Shown: piece after piece, positions 30,415 through 43,700 of the stretch
Position numbering within the stretch: position 1 is the first letter of the stretch
Layout of the letters: each line of letters starts with the position of its first letter
NCBI GenBank assembly: GCA_977020255.1
Contig: CDROCS010000506.1
Coordinates: 62,001 to 126,000, forward strand
DNA from: Obrimoposthia wandeli
Taxonomy: Eukaryota
DNA length: 64,000 nt
Direction of reading: 5' to 3'
The notes under the pieces: model-generated
Told to the model about the DNA's origin: nothing
The model's input: the letters and a program-made list of their open reading frames with translations, nothing else
Database searches by the model: none
Translations under genes and position numbers: made by a program

Positions 30415-30621
30415 CTAGATTGCTACGATGTTTTCAGCGTTAGGACCTTTTTGACCTTCGCCTACTGTGAATTCTACTTTTTGGCCTTCAGTCAAAGTTT
30501 TGAAACCTTCACTTGAGATAGCGCTGAAATGTGCGAATACATCTGGGCCATTTTCTTGCTCGATGAAACCAAAACCTTTAGCTTCGTTGAACCATTTAAC
30601 TGTACCTTGAACTTTAGACAT
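30415..30621 (-). CDS. Cold-shock protein (CspA family)
   Basis: RNP1 KGFGFI and RNP2 VFAHF, 68 aa; long AT-rich upstream leader (30622-30790). Confidence 0.97.
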   Translation of the reverse strand: MSKVQGTVKWFNEAKGFGFIEQENGPDVFAHFSAISSEGFKTLTEGQKVEFTVGEGQKGPNAENIVAI

Positions 30622-31019
30622 AATAATACCTGTAATTTTAATTTAATTTGCCTTAATAGGCTTGGATAGCGTACAAAAAACTGGAACTTAAAAACTACAA
30701 TGCGAGGTATTAATATAACAACGAAATGGAGAATGTAAACAAAAGGCTTTCTTGCTGAGGGACACTCTATAGAATCTAAAAAAAAAGTCAAAGCTATTCA
30801 AAAAATAAAATACCTAAAATTGTAATAAAAACATAATTAAAAACAAAGTTACACATAACTTTCAAAGGCTTAATCTGTTTTTTCACCCATATATTATTTT
30901 ATATTTATTTATCACTACTGACGAGGAAACATCCAGTCATGTCTAAATGTCAAGCTTGCTTTACCACAACGGCGCGGTTATTCTGATCTTATAGATAGAT
31001 AACAGATTAAAATATCAAT

Positions 31020-31946
31020 ATGAAAGCACAATATACATTACCAATAATCCTTGATGGTGGCATGGGCCGTGAACTTCAGAGCATTGGCGCGCCTTTTCAA
31101 CAACCAGAATGGTCAGCTCAAGCATTAATTGAAGCCCCTCACTTTGTTTCTCAAGTACATACTAGCTTTATAAAGGCCGGTGCCGAGATTATTACCACCA
31201 ATACCTACGCGTTAGTGCCCTTTCATATTGGCCAGAAACGCTTTGACGAACAAGGCGCAGACCTCATCAAACTTAGCTGGAGTTGAAGCGAGTATCCATA
31301 CACTGCCGGATCACTCAGTTATTAGGCCGCTGCCGTATCCCCCAGTATTAGGTTCTTACCGACCCGACCTGTTTAAAGTAGAAGCAGCTGCAAGCTCCCA
31401 TGCTCAGCTATCAAACAAATCAACAAACAGGATGTCATTGGCCTTGCCGAAACATACCTGAACCATCTCTAAGAAGCGGCCATGATCAAATCCCGCACCG
31501 CGACCACAGACAAACCGACCTGGATTGCATTTACCATTAAAGATGAAATAACCACAGAGCCTGCTCTGCGTTCTGGTGAGTTGGTTTATGATGCGGTGAG
31601 TCAAATAGCAGGACAACATGTGTCGGCTATCTTATTTAATTGCAGTTGCGCCGAAGTCATGGAAGCAGCGCTGACGACGGCCAAACAAGCGTTATCCGAT
31701 CTCGGTATTGCTGACCAAGTACAGTTAGGCGTATACGCCAATAACTTCCCGCCCATTGGCGACCTGCACGAAGCAAATAATGCCGTAAAAGGCATAAGAA
31801 AGGATGTTGCACCGCAAAGATACCGCGAATTTGCGACAACTTGGGTCAACGCCGGCGCATCAATTGTCGGTGGTTGTTGTGGCGTCTCGCCGGCACACAT
31901 TAAAGCATTAGCCGAGCTTAAACATTTACCGTCATCACTTAGCTAA
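31020..31946 (+). pseudogene. Homocysteine S-methyltransferase family gene, frameshifted
   Basis: Three fragments in different frames: LDGGMGRELQ..ITTNTYA (31020-31286), PPVLGSYRPDLF (31228-31461), ILFNCS..GGCCG (31482-31946). Confidence 0.85.
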
Positions 31947-31985
31947 TCGGTAATCGGTAATCGGTAATCGGTAATCGGTAATCGC
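31944..31985 (+). repeat. Tandem heptamer (TAATCGG)x5 plus one imperfect copy
   Basis: Read directly; the first TAA is the stop codon of the methyltransferase gene. Confidence 0.95.
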
Positions 31986-31989
31986 AATA

Positions 31990-32892
31990 TTAATGCGTGC
32001 TGCCTTTAGGCGTCATATTAAAATGGCGCTTAAATTCACGACTAAACTGCGATGAACTGGTATACCCCCACTTGAGTCTCTCGCGGCATCACCACTCTTA
32101 AAGCCCCCTCGGTATTGATCAGCTCTTGGCTTGGCTTTAGCGCACTTTCTTTAAATACTGCAGCGGTGATTCTAATGTCACTTTACGAAATGCTAAATGG
32201 AATGCAGAGACACTCATGTTAGCTTCATCTGCCAGATGTTGAACCGTGAGTCCTTCTGAATAACCTTGGTAAGTATTTGCAGACTCTCGCCACTGGCGTA
32301 TTGCCCGTCGTCAGATGTGGGCTAAATCAACAATACATGCCCTCTCTTCAGACCCAAATCAGTGCCCGGATAAACTGATTTCATGACCGCCCATAATTGA
32401 CTCACCCAAATATTTAGTCTCTAAGTCAGAATGCAGTGCCATCATCAAGCGCTTGCAACTCTCTAGCATTGGCGTCGCCATTTTGACCGAGCTTAATCCA
32501 CAGGTTTCTTGGTTACTTCTCGATGCATAATCAAAAGAGGCCGCTTCCAATTCATTCACTAAGCGGTGTAACAAGGTTGGATCGACATTAATGGTTAAGC
32601 CTAACAAGGGCACACCATGCTCGGGGAAAGCTTCGCACTCCAATGGCATTGGCACACCAACGACCAAATAGTCTTCAGGCCCATAATGCACTGGCTGATT
32701 GCCTATGTGTATATGCTTGCGCCCCTGCCCCATAACGATAATTCCCGATTGGTATACAAAAGGCTGGCGCTTATTGCCTTTGCTACTGCGATAAAACCAC
32801 ACCCCTGGAATAGCGGTTTCTTTAATGCCTTCCAGATCGTTAAGATCGTACGCATCCGCATATGTTTGCATTAAATCGCCAAGAGAATTCAT
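31990..32892 (-). pseudogene. yqhC: AraC family regulator, YqhC-like, frameshifted
   Basis: AraC_N ORF 32359-32892; HTH remnants [32 protein letters not shown] and SQFSREFKRHFNMTP in other frames; divergent from the yqhD-like gene. Confidence 0.8.
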
Positions 32893-33040
32893 TGTTGCCC
32901 TTAAATAGCAGTCATCGTCTGTTTATTAAAATACGTAACTTTAGAGGAATAGGCAACTTAAATGGAGGATTCAGCCTTTTTAAAGCGCATTACAAAGAGT
33001 AATATGCACTTATTGAATAAATCAAAATAAAGGACATACA

Positions 33041-34216
33041 ATGAAATTCTCTTATGTTAACCCGACTCAAATCCATTTTGGCCAAGGTCAAATTTCAACT
33101 ATCGCAACGTCTATTCCAAAAGATAAAAAAGTGTTGGTGATTTACGGTGGTGGTTCTATTAAGAAAAATGGCGTTTATGACCAAGTTTGTGACGCACTGA
33201 AAGAACATACATGGTCAGAATTTTCAGGTGTTGAAGCAAACCCAACAGTAGAAACATTAGACAACGCAGTTGTGATGGCAAAAGAACAAGCTATCGATTA
33301 CATTCTTGCTGTTGGTGGTGAAATGCCTGTTACGATGATGGTGCTAAATACGTGGCAATAGCAGCGGCGCATGTATCACAGCAATGGTTGGGATATTTTT
33401 GATTGGTAGCAGCACACATTTAAAATTGGAAGCGATTCCACAAGGAAGCAATTCTGACGATTTACCTGCAACAGGTTCTGAACTCCCAAATTCAGGCTCT
33501 GTTAAGGTTGCTCAATCAGCAAACTCTTGCCGTTCTATGAAGCTTCGCAGCAGTACAACCTAAGTTTGCTGTACTTGATCCAGATTCAATGAAAACATTA
33601 CCAGAACGTCAATTAGTGAATGGTATTGTTGATGCTTGGGTACACGTTTGTGAGCAATACCTAACACTGCCAACAGGTGCAATGGTTCAAGACGGTTATG
33701 CTGAAGTATTACTTAAAAACTTAAGAGTATTAGCAGAACAATACGACGATCGTGATAACAACGAATGGCGTTCAAACCTAATGTGGACAAAAAAAACCGC
33801 AAGCGCTAATAATATGGTTCTTGGTGTAACACATGATTGGGCGCAACAATACGATTGGCATGAATTAACAGCGCTATACAGTGCTGGATCATGCGTACTG
33901 TTTCCGTATCGATTATCCAGCCGTGCTTTAATACATGTAACTAAATCAAAGCGAAACGCGCTAAATTGAACAACTTTCGGTAAGAAATGTAATTTGGTTT
34001 AGACGTTCTGACCTGGGCTTGAACGCACAATTGTGCTAAGTCGGAAGTTATGATGTTAAAGTACCAACACAATTAACTGAACACGGCGACGATAAAGCAT
34101 CTGCTGTTGATACAATTATCAAGCAACTTGAAGCGCACGGTATGGTTGCATTAGGTGAAAGCCAAGCGATTACGCTGGAAGTTTCTCGCCAAATTTTAGA
34201 AGACGCAGTAGCGTAA
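33041..34216 (+). pseudogene. yqhD: YqhD-like NADPH-dependent iron-type alcohol/aldehyde reductase, frameshifted
   Basis: NPTQIHFGQG, IYGGGSIKKNGVYDQV, GVEANP, ILAVGG; second fragment MKTLPERQLVNGIVDAWVHVCEQY; C-terminus SRQILEDAVA-stop at 34216. Confidence 0.82.
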
Positions 34217-34273
34217 TAGCACGCTAGATAAAACGCGTACGTCTATCGAGCGTTAATACAAACATTTAGTAGC

Positions 34274-34308
34274 AAAGCCAATATCGTTAATTCGGTATTG
34301 GCTTTTTT
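34274..34308 (+). terminator. Intrinsic terminator after the yqhD-like gene
   Basis: AAAGCCAATATCG-TTAATT-CGGTATTGGCTTTTTT. Confidence 0.8.
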
Positions 34309-34346
34309 GTATTGATAGCAAAGAGCTCCACTTCCCCTACCGCTAC

Positions 34347-34377
34347 TCCGACTTAATCCGACTTAATCCGACTTAAT
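34347..34377. repeat. Tandem decamer (TCCGACTTAA)x3
   Basis: Read directly; the last unit contains the LysR stop codon (TAA on the minus strand, 34375-34373). Confidence 0.93.
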
Positions 34378-35283
34378 GACAAGTAAATGTTGTTTTGGCG
34401 AAATCGATAAATTGTCGCGTTTTATTCAGCATGCCATTTACTTTACACACATGCTGCCAAACAAATCATCCGTGGATAATTCCCTGCTTACTGCCAATCT
34501 TGCAATAGTGGCACGAGTGTCCCCGCTGCAATACCCTGCTGCGCGATATAATCTGGCAAACCGCCAACACCAAAGCCCTGTTCAATCGCATCACAACGCA
34601 TCTCACTGTGGTTAATCAAGTATGATCCTGTCACGTGGACGGTCGCTTGTTGATTTTCATTGCTAAACCGCCAACGATTATCAGCCATATTTTCACCTAA
34701 GCACAGGCATGGTAGATATTTTAAGTCATCGGGGTGTGTAGGCAGTGCATGGTTTGCAAGGAAATCAGGACTGGCACATAACACCTGTTCAACGCGACCG
34801 ATTTTAACGTTGACCAATGCTTCAATGGGATTGTCATTAATATGGATCAGAAAATCGACACCATCATGAATCGGGTCTAAAACACGGTCCGTCACTTTTA
34901 AATGTAACTGAATATCTGGATAACATTTTAAAAAATCGGTGAAAAGTGGTCTTAATACCCGACTCGCCAACGATTTTGGCGCTGCCACTAATAATAATCC
35001 GCCTGGCTAAGTTTGCGCAGAGGTACTGGCGTGTCTTGCAGGACTCAACCATTTGTTTACAATAATCGAACGTGATCTTACCTGACTCCGTTAACGCCAG
35101 TTGTCGCGTAGTACGCTGTAATAGCTTGATGCCTAATGCATCTTCTAACCGGCTAATTTGGCGGCTCACCGCTGAGGGTGTTACCCCAAGTTTCCTGGCA
35201 GCTTTACTAAAGTTCCCCTGCTCAACCACAGTGACCAAAATCGCCATATCAGGCAACAAAGGGATTATTTTATTTGTGTCCAC
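34373..35283 (-). pseudogene. LysR family regulator, frameshifted
   Basis: HTH fragment VEQGNFSKAARKLGVTPSAVSRQISRLEDALG (34864-35292) and substrate-domain fragment (34488-34988) in different frames. Confidence 0.83.
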
Positions 35284-35396
35284 AAGGCACAAGTCCTTTT
35301 ACAATGGGGTGTAGTTGTTTTAAATCCTCATAAACATGGTTGCAGCGTAACAATATATGTTGTTGTAAGCCTATTTTAAATAATGAGAGGTTAAAT

Positions 35397-36043
35397 ATGG
35401 AATTCGCTAATAAATACATATATGGCAGAAATTATAGCGAAGTGGACTACCATTGCTATTTTTTATGGGCGATCTCTACCTGGGGCTGATTTTATGGTTT
35501 GCGACGCGCGTATAGTATTTATAAATGTAATGTCGTTTAATGGTTATATGCTAGTTTAGCGTGTGTTTATCTGTTTGTATTCATGCCAGTTATTCAATGG
35601 ATTCTAGCCGTCGTGATCAAATCTTCTAGCAATTGTTAAATTAATTATACTTAGGAGTCGCTTTACCTTATCTATATTGCCTGGCAGTTATTAACAACAC
35701 GCGCAAAAGCGACAAATACCGGTCAAAACACATCAAACGGTTCACGTATATGTCACCCGCTTTGCAGCGATGCGCCAGTTTTACCTGCAATATATTAAAC
35801 CCTAAAACATCTATCTTTTTCTTAAGTATTTTTACCCAAGTGGTATCGATCGATACGCCGCTAGTCATGCAGATAGGATATGGTTTGATCATTATGCCCT
35901 TTTATTCCGCTTCTGCTATCACCCACCCAAACATACTGCCTCGCATACTGCACTACGTCCGGCATAAACAAAAAATTGATAAAGGGGCAGGATTTGTATT
36001 AATGCTGATTGCGATAAAACTCACCTTAGTAAATTCTATTTAA
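35397..36043 (+). pseudogene. LysE/RhtB family exporter, heavily disrupted
   Basis: RBS GAGAGG + ATG at 35397, PGADF remnant, C-terminal fragment NILNPKTSIFFLSIFTQVV...KIDKGAGFVLMLIAIKL; divergent from the LysR gene. Confidence 0.72.
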
Positions 36044-36084
36044 TGTAACGACCGACAGCGCTATATCCGAGACAATGTGGCAGG

Positions 36085-36492
36085 TTAATATGGCGGAATA
36101 ATGCGTATATCACAGTCTTCTTGTATAAACTCAAAGACAGACGTTATCTCTTCTTTATTACTGTCGGTCCGCAAATCAATTTCAAAACAAAGATAATCAT
36201 ATTCGCGAGCAATACCCTCTAGACTGGGTATTTTCTCGGGTAACACAGTGAACGTAATAATACGGCCAATTTGCTGTAAATATTTAACAAAGAAGATATG
36301 CTCCATGCCTTGTTTAAACACATCAACATCAAAGCGTAAGGATATATGCCAGTCATTATTCGTCGCGACTTGCTCATCACTACGATCTAATGTCTGAATT
36401 CTATTCGCAGATGAAACATCAACTATGCCGGCCAATAGCGTTTCTATTTCAACTAAACAATCCTGCTTAGCGGCGTCCAGATCACTACTCAT
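36085..36492 (-). CDS. Stand-alone CheA-derived fragment (degenerate N-terminal helix + P2-like domain; no kinase, Hpt His or CheW domain)
   Basis: RBS AAGGA + ATG at 36492; WHISLRFDVDVFKQGMEHIFFVKYLQQIG...YLCFEIDL...VFEFIQEDCDIRIIPP resembles the internal post-Hpt segment of proteobacterial CheA. Confidence 0.6.
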   Translation of the reverse strand: MSSDLDAAKQDCLVEIETLLAGIVDVSSANRIQTLDRSDEQVATNNDWHISLRFDVDVFKQGMEHIFFVKYLQQIGRIITFTVLPEKIPSLEGIAREYDYLCFEIDLRTDSNKEEITSVFEFIQEDCDIRIIPPY

Positions 36493-36826
36493 GTTAAATT
36501 CCTTTTTGATAATTACATGTTCAATTATCTCCCATTCTACAGCCCCCTCTTTCTCGAAAAACCCCATAAAAGAGGGATAAAAAGGTGATAAAAGAGAAGT
36601 AAAGTTAAAAATGGGGAGTAAGGGGTTAGTGGGCTAGCGAAACCTAAAGGCAAACAATATAATCGGCTTAATAATGAGGGTCTTACAATACAAGTTCGTT
36701 AACTGGACAACACATTGATTGCTGAATGACAGGCGAATTATTTTCACTGTAACGTTATTGTGTTCGAGGTGTCTGCTTTGAAATTGGCTCAGGGATTAGT
36801 TGATTGATGTTCAATAGGATATATGT

Positions 36827-37970
36827 GTGCTTAATTATAATGAAATAAATAAAATGTTTAATCAACACGAAGATACCTCGACTTATCTTGATGCACTTTA
36901 CAATGCCGCAAGTAATAGTTATCGAGGGCTATCGCGATTGTCAATTATTTTGATTAAAGATAATCTGCCCCATTTTTTGTATTCGAGGATAGCCTCTGCT
37001 ACGATTGTGAAATAATGCATTTCGTTGTGCACAAAATAAATGAAATGAAAAATGAGCGACATTCTCAAACACGATAAAGCATTTTAAAATCAGCAAGTGG
37101 TAGTTTATGATTTATGAAATACGTAACATTAAATTCAAGCAACCCCTTTAATCTCTATGTGAATAATGTGTCATCGTAGTTAGCTTCCCTCATCCGCTTA
37201 TATCGGAAGGGAAAGCGATTGCCATGGTGTTTTTTAATGCCTCTGAATTAGATTTTTTTGCGAAACGTTCGATACAAAAAGATATGTTATTTATATCAAC
37301 CCTTATTCATTCTCTGATCGTTCGTCAATTTGAAAATAAATCTTTCGTTGATATCGCCCTGACGGTCGCCTTAGATATTGGGCATTCTAAGGATCCCGAA
37401 ACCAAAGCGCATCTCAATAGAATGGAACGTTACAGCTCGAAACTTGCATATTCATTAAGTGATAATGAAGAGGTTACTCACGAGTTTATTCATCGTATCG
37501 AATCTTATGCTGCTTTTCACGATATTGGTAAGTATAAGGTCCCCGATGATATTTTATTCAGTAGTACTATTTTCACCACCGAAGAACGAGAAGTAATGAA
37601 TCTACATTGTTCTCATGGTGTTGATACTATTAACAATGTACTTAGACATTTCCCTATTAATATGCAGAATGTTGTAGAGTTTCGTTTTCTAAAAAACATT
37701 ATTCTGCATCATCATGAGCATTTCGACGGTAATGGTTACCCGATGGGATTAAAGGGATATGCGATCCCATTGGAAGCTCGAATCGTAATGGTTGCAGATG
37801 TGTTTGATGCGTTATTAAGTAAGCGTTTATACAAACAAGCCTGGACTATTGATCATGCAGTCACTTATATGAAAGACAACTCAGGTACTATGTTTGACCC
37901 TGATTGCATCCAAGCTTTAATCGATAATTTACCTGATTTCATTGAAATTTATGAAACCAATTCAGATTAA
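36827..37970 (+). pseudogene. HD-GYP c-di-GMP phosphodiesterase with disrupted N-terminal sensor region
   Basis: ORF 37224-37970 has HDIGK, HHHEHFDGNGYP, RIVMVADVFDAL and YK. N-terminal fragment 36827-37015 plus out-of-frame remnants in between. Confidence 0.78.
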
Positions 37971-38177
37971 TATCGAGCAACGTTAGATCATCAGGTATTT
38001 AACTTTCCTCTACATTTTTAGTAACCTACTAAGTTCAATATTAAGGTGCCCCTACCCCCTTTAATCACTCTCTACCAACCTCTTAAGAGTGTTTATCTAG
38101 AATAAGGGGGGCGATACCATTGAACATAATTAATGATTATTTTGGTAATTCCCAGCCCTGTATTGAGATAAGTACTG

Positions 38178-39734
38178 ATGAGCAAAGAAAGACTGTTTAC
38201 AGAAAATGAAATACTGTTATCAACGACTGACTTGAATAGCACCATAAAATATGCAAATAAAGAATTCTGTGATATCGCTGGATATTCTCTAAATGAATTA
38301 CAGGGAAACACACATAATATCGTCCGCCACCCAGATATGCCCGAAGCGGCATTTAAAGATTTATGGGCATTTATTCAATCCGGTCAATCTTGGATGGGCC
38401 CGGTTAAAAACCGATGCAAAAATGGAGATTATTACTGGGTTAATGCTTTTGTTACCCCTATAAAAGACTCGAAGGGAAAAACAACAGAATATCAATCCGT
38501 TAGAACAATGCTAAACAGAGATGTAGTCAACAGAGCCTCTCAGGTCTACAAAAAAATTAATGCCGGTACTCCGCCAATACAGTTGAAGTTCAGCACTGAC
38601 TTAACCTTATGGGTTCAGATTTTTCTTATCCTCTCGTCTGTATTTTCTACACTGGTTGCAATTTTTAGCGATATCAGTTTGTTGCTTAGCCTACCTATGG
38701 TTGTAATATCAGTTCTGTTTACAGGATTGTTTTTTAACTGGCGATTAAAATATATAAATTTGCTCTGTGAAGCAAAATCAATTTTCAACAATCCATTAAT
38801 GAGCTTTATCTATTCCGGAAATAATGATGCTATCAGTACAATAAATTTAGCATTAAAAATGCGTAGCGCGGAGATTAAAGCTGTTGTTGGCCGAGTCTGT
38901 GACGTTTCAGACAATATTACGAAAACGGCTAAAGAATCATCTGAATGCGGTATCAATATATCAACGATTTTATCACAACAAAACAATGAAACTGAGCAGG
39001 TAGCTACAGCGATGAACGAGATGTCAGCGACAGTGAGAGAACTGGCTCAGGTAGTTGAACACACAGCGAAAACATCACAACAGGGATTAAATATTTGTAA
39101 TCAAGGACAATACATTGTTCAGGAAACGATTGCCGCAAACAATGGTTTATCGGTGCAGTTAAGCGAGGTTGAACAAGCTATCGAGCGCTTGGTTAATGGC
39201 ACTAAATCAATTGGAATTGTGTTAAATGAAATTAGTGGCATTGCAGATCAAACTAATCTATTAGCATTAAATGCAGCAATTGAAGCGGCTCGAGCTGGGG
39301 CGCAAGGACGTGGTTTTGCTGTTGTTGCAGACGAAGTTCGTGCATTGGCGATGCGCACTCAACAATCAACAACCGAAATTAATAAATTGTTAGCGCAATT
39401 ACAATCTGAGTCTGATTTTGCGAATACGACAATGGAAAAAAGCGCTGAACTTTCCTGTATCTGTGTGCAACTTGCCGGTAAAACGGGCGTATCGCTGACG
39501 CAAATAATTTCTGAAGTGAGTGAACTAGCTAATCTGAATATACAGATCGCAACAGCGATAGAAGAACAATCGTTAGTCAGTGAAGAGATTAATCGCAATG
39601 TCGTGGCCATTTCAGATATGGCGTCAACCAGTGAGGAAAATGGCCAGCAATCTGTTGAACTATCAAATGAATTGTTAGATAAACTCGAAGAGCAACAAGC
39701 TTTAGCCGTTGTCACACAATCCTACTCCATCTGA
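38178..39734 (+). CDS. PAS-domain (Aer-like) methyl-accepting chemotaxis protein
   Basis: [35 protein letters not shown]; MCP signature [34 protein letters not shown]. Confidence 0.93.
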   Translation: MSKERLFTENEILLSTTDLNSTIKYANKEFCDIAGYSLNELQGNTHNIVRHPDMPEAAFKDLWAFIQSGQSWMGPVKNRCKNGDYYWVNAFVTPIKDSKGKTTEYQSVRTMLNRDVVNRASQVYKKINAGTPPIQLKFSTDLTLWVQIFLILSSVFSTLVAIFSDISLLLSLPMVVISVLFTGLFFNWRLKYINLLCEAKSIFNNPLMSFIYSGNNDAISTINLALKMRSAEIKAVVGRVCDVSDNITKTAKESSECGINISTILSQQNNETEQVATAMNEMSATVRELAQVVEHTAKTSQQGLNICNQGQYIVQETIAANNGLSVQLSEVEQAIERLVNGTKSIGIVLNEISGIADQTNLLALNAAIEAARAGAQGRGFAVVADEVRALAMRTQQSTTEINKLLAQLQSESDFANTTMEKSAELSCICVQLAGKTGVSLTQIISEVSELANLNIQIATAIEEQSLVSEEINRNVVAISDMASTSEENGQQSVELSNELLDKLEEQQALAVVTQSYSI

Positions 39735-39884
39735 AACAAGTGTCAGCTTCTTTATAATGACCAAGTTAATATTTTTAAGCTTTCAATTTATTTGTGAGTT
39801 TGAGTTATTAAATTAATTCTCAATTAACAATTTGGTATGTGTAGTTAATTGAATTTTCGTTTAAAACGAGAGAAACAGTGTTAA

Positions 39885-40594
39885 TTATTTAATATTTGAA
39901 AACAGTTCATTAGCTTTAACAGCTGCTTCTCTGCGATTATTGACATTAAGTTTATGCAGACTTTTAACGGTTTCAGTGACTAGCTAATCTCTCACTTTGT
40001 AAACGCTTCGTCAATAACTTTAGATACTTTTATTTTGAGATAAGTGTTTTGCCTTTTATAACAATTACCGGCAATTGCTAATTTTCATTTTTTCATCTAG
40101 GTCTAGGCGGACATTGCTTTCTCCGGGTTGCCTAAAGCGGTTTTTCCATCCTGAGCTAACTCAACTTTAGATGGTCCTTTACGGCGATTGCGAAAACCTG
40201 ATACCACGATATCGGTAACCGCACTGCTCAGGTACATTTTCTCATCCATCACCACGTAAATTGCCTGAATAAGTTCTTCGGGTAAACTTTCTTTAAGTAA
40301 GTACCCTACAGCACCGGCATCAAGCATACCTTCGACATAATGCTGAGATGAATGAATAGACAGTGCGATCACTTTGCTTTCTGGCGATGTAGCGACAATC
40401 TGCTTCGTTGCTTCAATGCCATTAAGTTTGGGCATGCTAATATCCATCACCACGATATCGGGTTTTAATACTTTGACCTGCTCCAGCGCTTCTTCACCAT
40501 TATTTGCTTCCCCTACCACCACTATTTCATTCTCTTCCTGTAAAAGCAGCGACATCCCTTTACGTAATAAAGCATGGTCATCATCCGCTAACAT
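39885..40594 (-). pseudogene. NarL/LuxR-type response regulator: REC ORF plus an out-of-frame LuxR/MalT-type HTH remnant
   Basis: REC ORF 40103-40594 (DDH, VVMDISMP, GYLLKE). Downstream minus-strand remnants LLTKRLQ, ETVKS and KLNVNNRREAAVKANELFSNIK-stop (39953-39885). Confidence 0.72.
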
Positions 40595-40707
40595 GTATTT
40601 TTTAACTCAATTTACCGTTATCATTTCTAGCAACATTTCAATATTTCTCATTATTATTTCTTCATGTGATTCTTTTACAGGCTGCCCAACTCAATAACCG
40701 GTAGTTA

Positions 40708-43700
40708 TTATCTACCAGTACAACCTTCTTGGGGTTTAGCATTAATTATCAACTGTCCCCCGATATCAATCATTCGTTCTTGAATACTAAATAAACCAAA
40801 TCCACCAGCGACACTCACGTTTCCAGCCTGCTCATCAACCATAAATCCAATACCATTATCTTTAACGGTGATCTGATAGCACCCTGACTTTTCTTCGAGG
40901 TTAACGACTACCACTGTCGCCTTCGCGTGTTTAATGACATTGATGAGTAATTCACGGATATTTCGAAATATAATAGCTCTAAGATCAAGATTAACAAAAT
41001 CTATTTCTAATCGATCAATAACCTCAATCTCAAGACCATGACTCAGCTTACAAGTTTGTTCTTTCCATTCCGTGATGGCAGCGGCTAAACCAAATTCATT
41101 GAGTGATGGCGAGCTAATTTCAAAAATAAGATGACGGGTCTCTTGAATAACCGTTAATATCAATTGAGAACAATTATGTACTAATCCTGCTGTTTTTTTG
41201 TCATCCGGCAAGCGTTTAAGCACCGCTGCTAACTGCAGCCGCGTTAACGCGAGCGATTGACCAACATTATCGTGTAAATCAGCGGCAATATGGCGTCGTT
41301 CTTGTTCCTCGACAAGGGCTAATTGTAGCGCTAATGACTTTAAACGCTGCTGATAATTAATCAGTTTCTGTTCCGATTCTTTCAACTCTGTAACATCCTG
41401 CAAGATACCAAATAATCGAATAGCTCTACCTGCATCATTGTACTCCGCTGTCGTTGAAATCTTTGTAGACAACGTGCGTGTCAAGCCATCAGGGCGAATT
41501 ATTCGGTAAGTGTATGTTTCGTCAGGCTGAGACTCTAATGCCAAAGCTCGATTTTTAATATAGTAGTCACGATCTTCAGGATGAATGTATTCCAGTATCG
41601 ACTGGCTGCTTAAAAGTGTTCCGATAGTAAGACCAAAGATCTTATAAGTTTCGTCCGATATAGTAAATTGGTCGCTAATAATATCCCATTCCCAGTGACC
41701 TAAATGTGCTATTTTTTGTGCTCTGATTGATTCTCTTTGGCTTTTAAGTAATGCACTTTCAACTTTCTTACGTTTCGTTATATCCATGATCGTCCCAAAA
41801 ATAACCCCATCGCACAGTACTGCAGAGAAGAGCGAATGGATGGGCTGATGAGATAAAGATAGACCGACGACTTCAAAGTCTCTAACACTACCGGATAATT
41901 TAAGTTCTTTTATATACTTTTCACGCTGCTCAACATCAGCCCATCGAGCAATTGAGCCTGCGGTTATCAGTTCTTCCCTGCTTGTAAAGTCAAACATCTG
42001 CACTAATGCATCATTAACAAAAAGAAAACGTCCTTCGAGGTCGCTAGTAAACACCCCCACGAGCGATGTATCGACCAGACTTCGGTATTTTTTTTCACTT
42101 TCAAACAATGCATTATGCGCTTGTTCTCGTTCAATTATTTCCCGCTGTAGCGCGACAGTGCGACGATTTACTAACTTACGTAAGCTGCGATTCCACCCGA
42201 CAAAAAATAATACGATAATAAGTGCGATGGAGAAAATTGCAGATATCCACAATAATACCTCGACTAAATCAATGCCTTGTACCTTATAGTTCAAAGCAAC
42301 ATACTTATTACGGATAGCTATTTTTTCTTTTTCGCTAATACTCAGCAGGGCAATATTTATAATGTCGGTCAACTCAGGCCAATCTTTACGGTTACCCATT
42401 GTAAAATATTCACTGTCTAACGAGCTAGAAGCATCAATCTGAATATTTGAGAAACCGCGTTTCTGAATAATATAAGCCGCATTAGTCAAACTGCCAACAA
42501 ATGCATCTACATTGCCGTTTGTTAACGCTTCGAGCGCCAGTTCATTGGAGTTGTATAAAGCCAACGTAATATTTGGATACTGAGCCGACAACAAATGTTG
42601 TACATTACCCGCTTTCAGCACTGCCACCAGCTTCCCAGAGAGTCCTTGAAGATTAACGCTAAAATCACTGTTGTCACGCGTCGCAATCACAGTCGGTGAT
42701 TCAATATAATTATCGCTAAATAACATATATTCTAGTCGCTCATTACGCGGGACGATCAATGCGGTCAAATCAACGTCTTGTCCACGCTTGAAGCTTCCCA
42801 GGAATTCGTTAAAAGATTGATCTGATACTTCATAACTGAACTTTATTCCCGTACGCTGAGCAATTAAGTTGAGGTAATCAATGGCGATACCTTCAGGAGG
42901 TCGACCCGCTTTAATGATCATATAAGGCGGCAAGTCACTGACCCTTACTCGCACCACATTATGCTCTGCCAGCCATGATTTCTGCTTCATGGTTAACGCC
43001 AATTGTGGCTTTTTGGCCGCTTTCGAATAAAGTGCAATCCACTTATTTTTAATGATTTGATGTTGCTGCTTTGAAATAGAAGCAAAAGCCTTATTCAGTA
43101 TTGCTGTAAATTGCGGCCAATCTTTGCGAACCGCGACATACAAATCACCGTGCATGGAGGTAGGAAGTCCTGCCACTTTAAGCCCAGTGATTAAACTTTT
43201 ATCAATGATATAACTAATGGTTGGCAGATTTTCAAGTAGCGCATTAATCTCTCTATTTACCAATGCATGTACGATATCCTCATGGGTATCGTATAAAACC
43301 AGATCAATATCGGGATGGTTTTCATTGATGAAGCTAATAGAATAGTCACCCGCCAGAACACCCACTCGTTTACTCGTCAAATCATCTAGATTGGTAATTC
43401 CCTGAGTCTCTTTATTCACAAAAATTGCGTATTGAAGCGTCGTATAGGGGCCTGCAAAATCAAGGTACTCTTCTCTCTCTGTATTTTTCAACGAAAGACT
43501 AAGGCCATCCAGATTATGCTCTTTTGCCAACGCCTGTATTTCACTCCAGTCGCCCGAAACCATATTAATTTGAATCCCTAAACGTTGCGCTATAAGGTTT
43601 AAGTAATCTGGAGTAATCCCTATTGATTTACCCTGTGTATCAATAAAGTTAAGCGGTGGATATATGCCGCCACCGAGGGTGATAATTGGATGTTCAGCCA

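Noticed and set aside
36570-36660. Strongly purine-skewed tract upstream of the CheA fragment
   Set aside because: No periodicity or structure; lies in the low-quality block.
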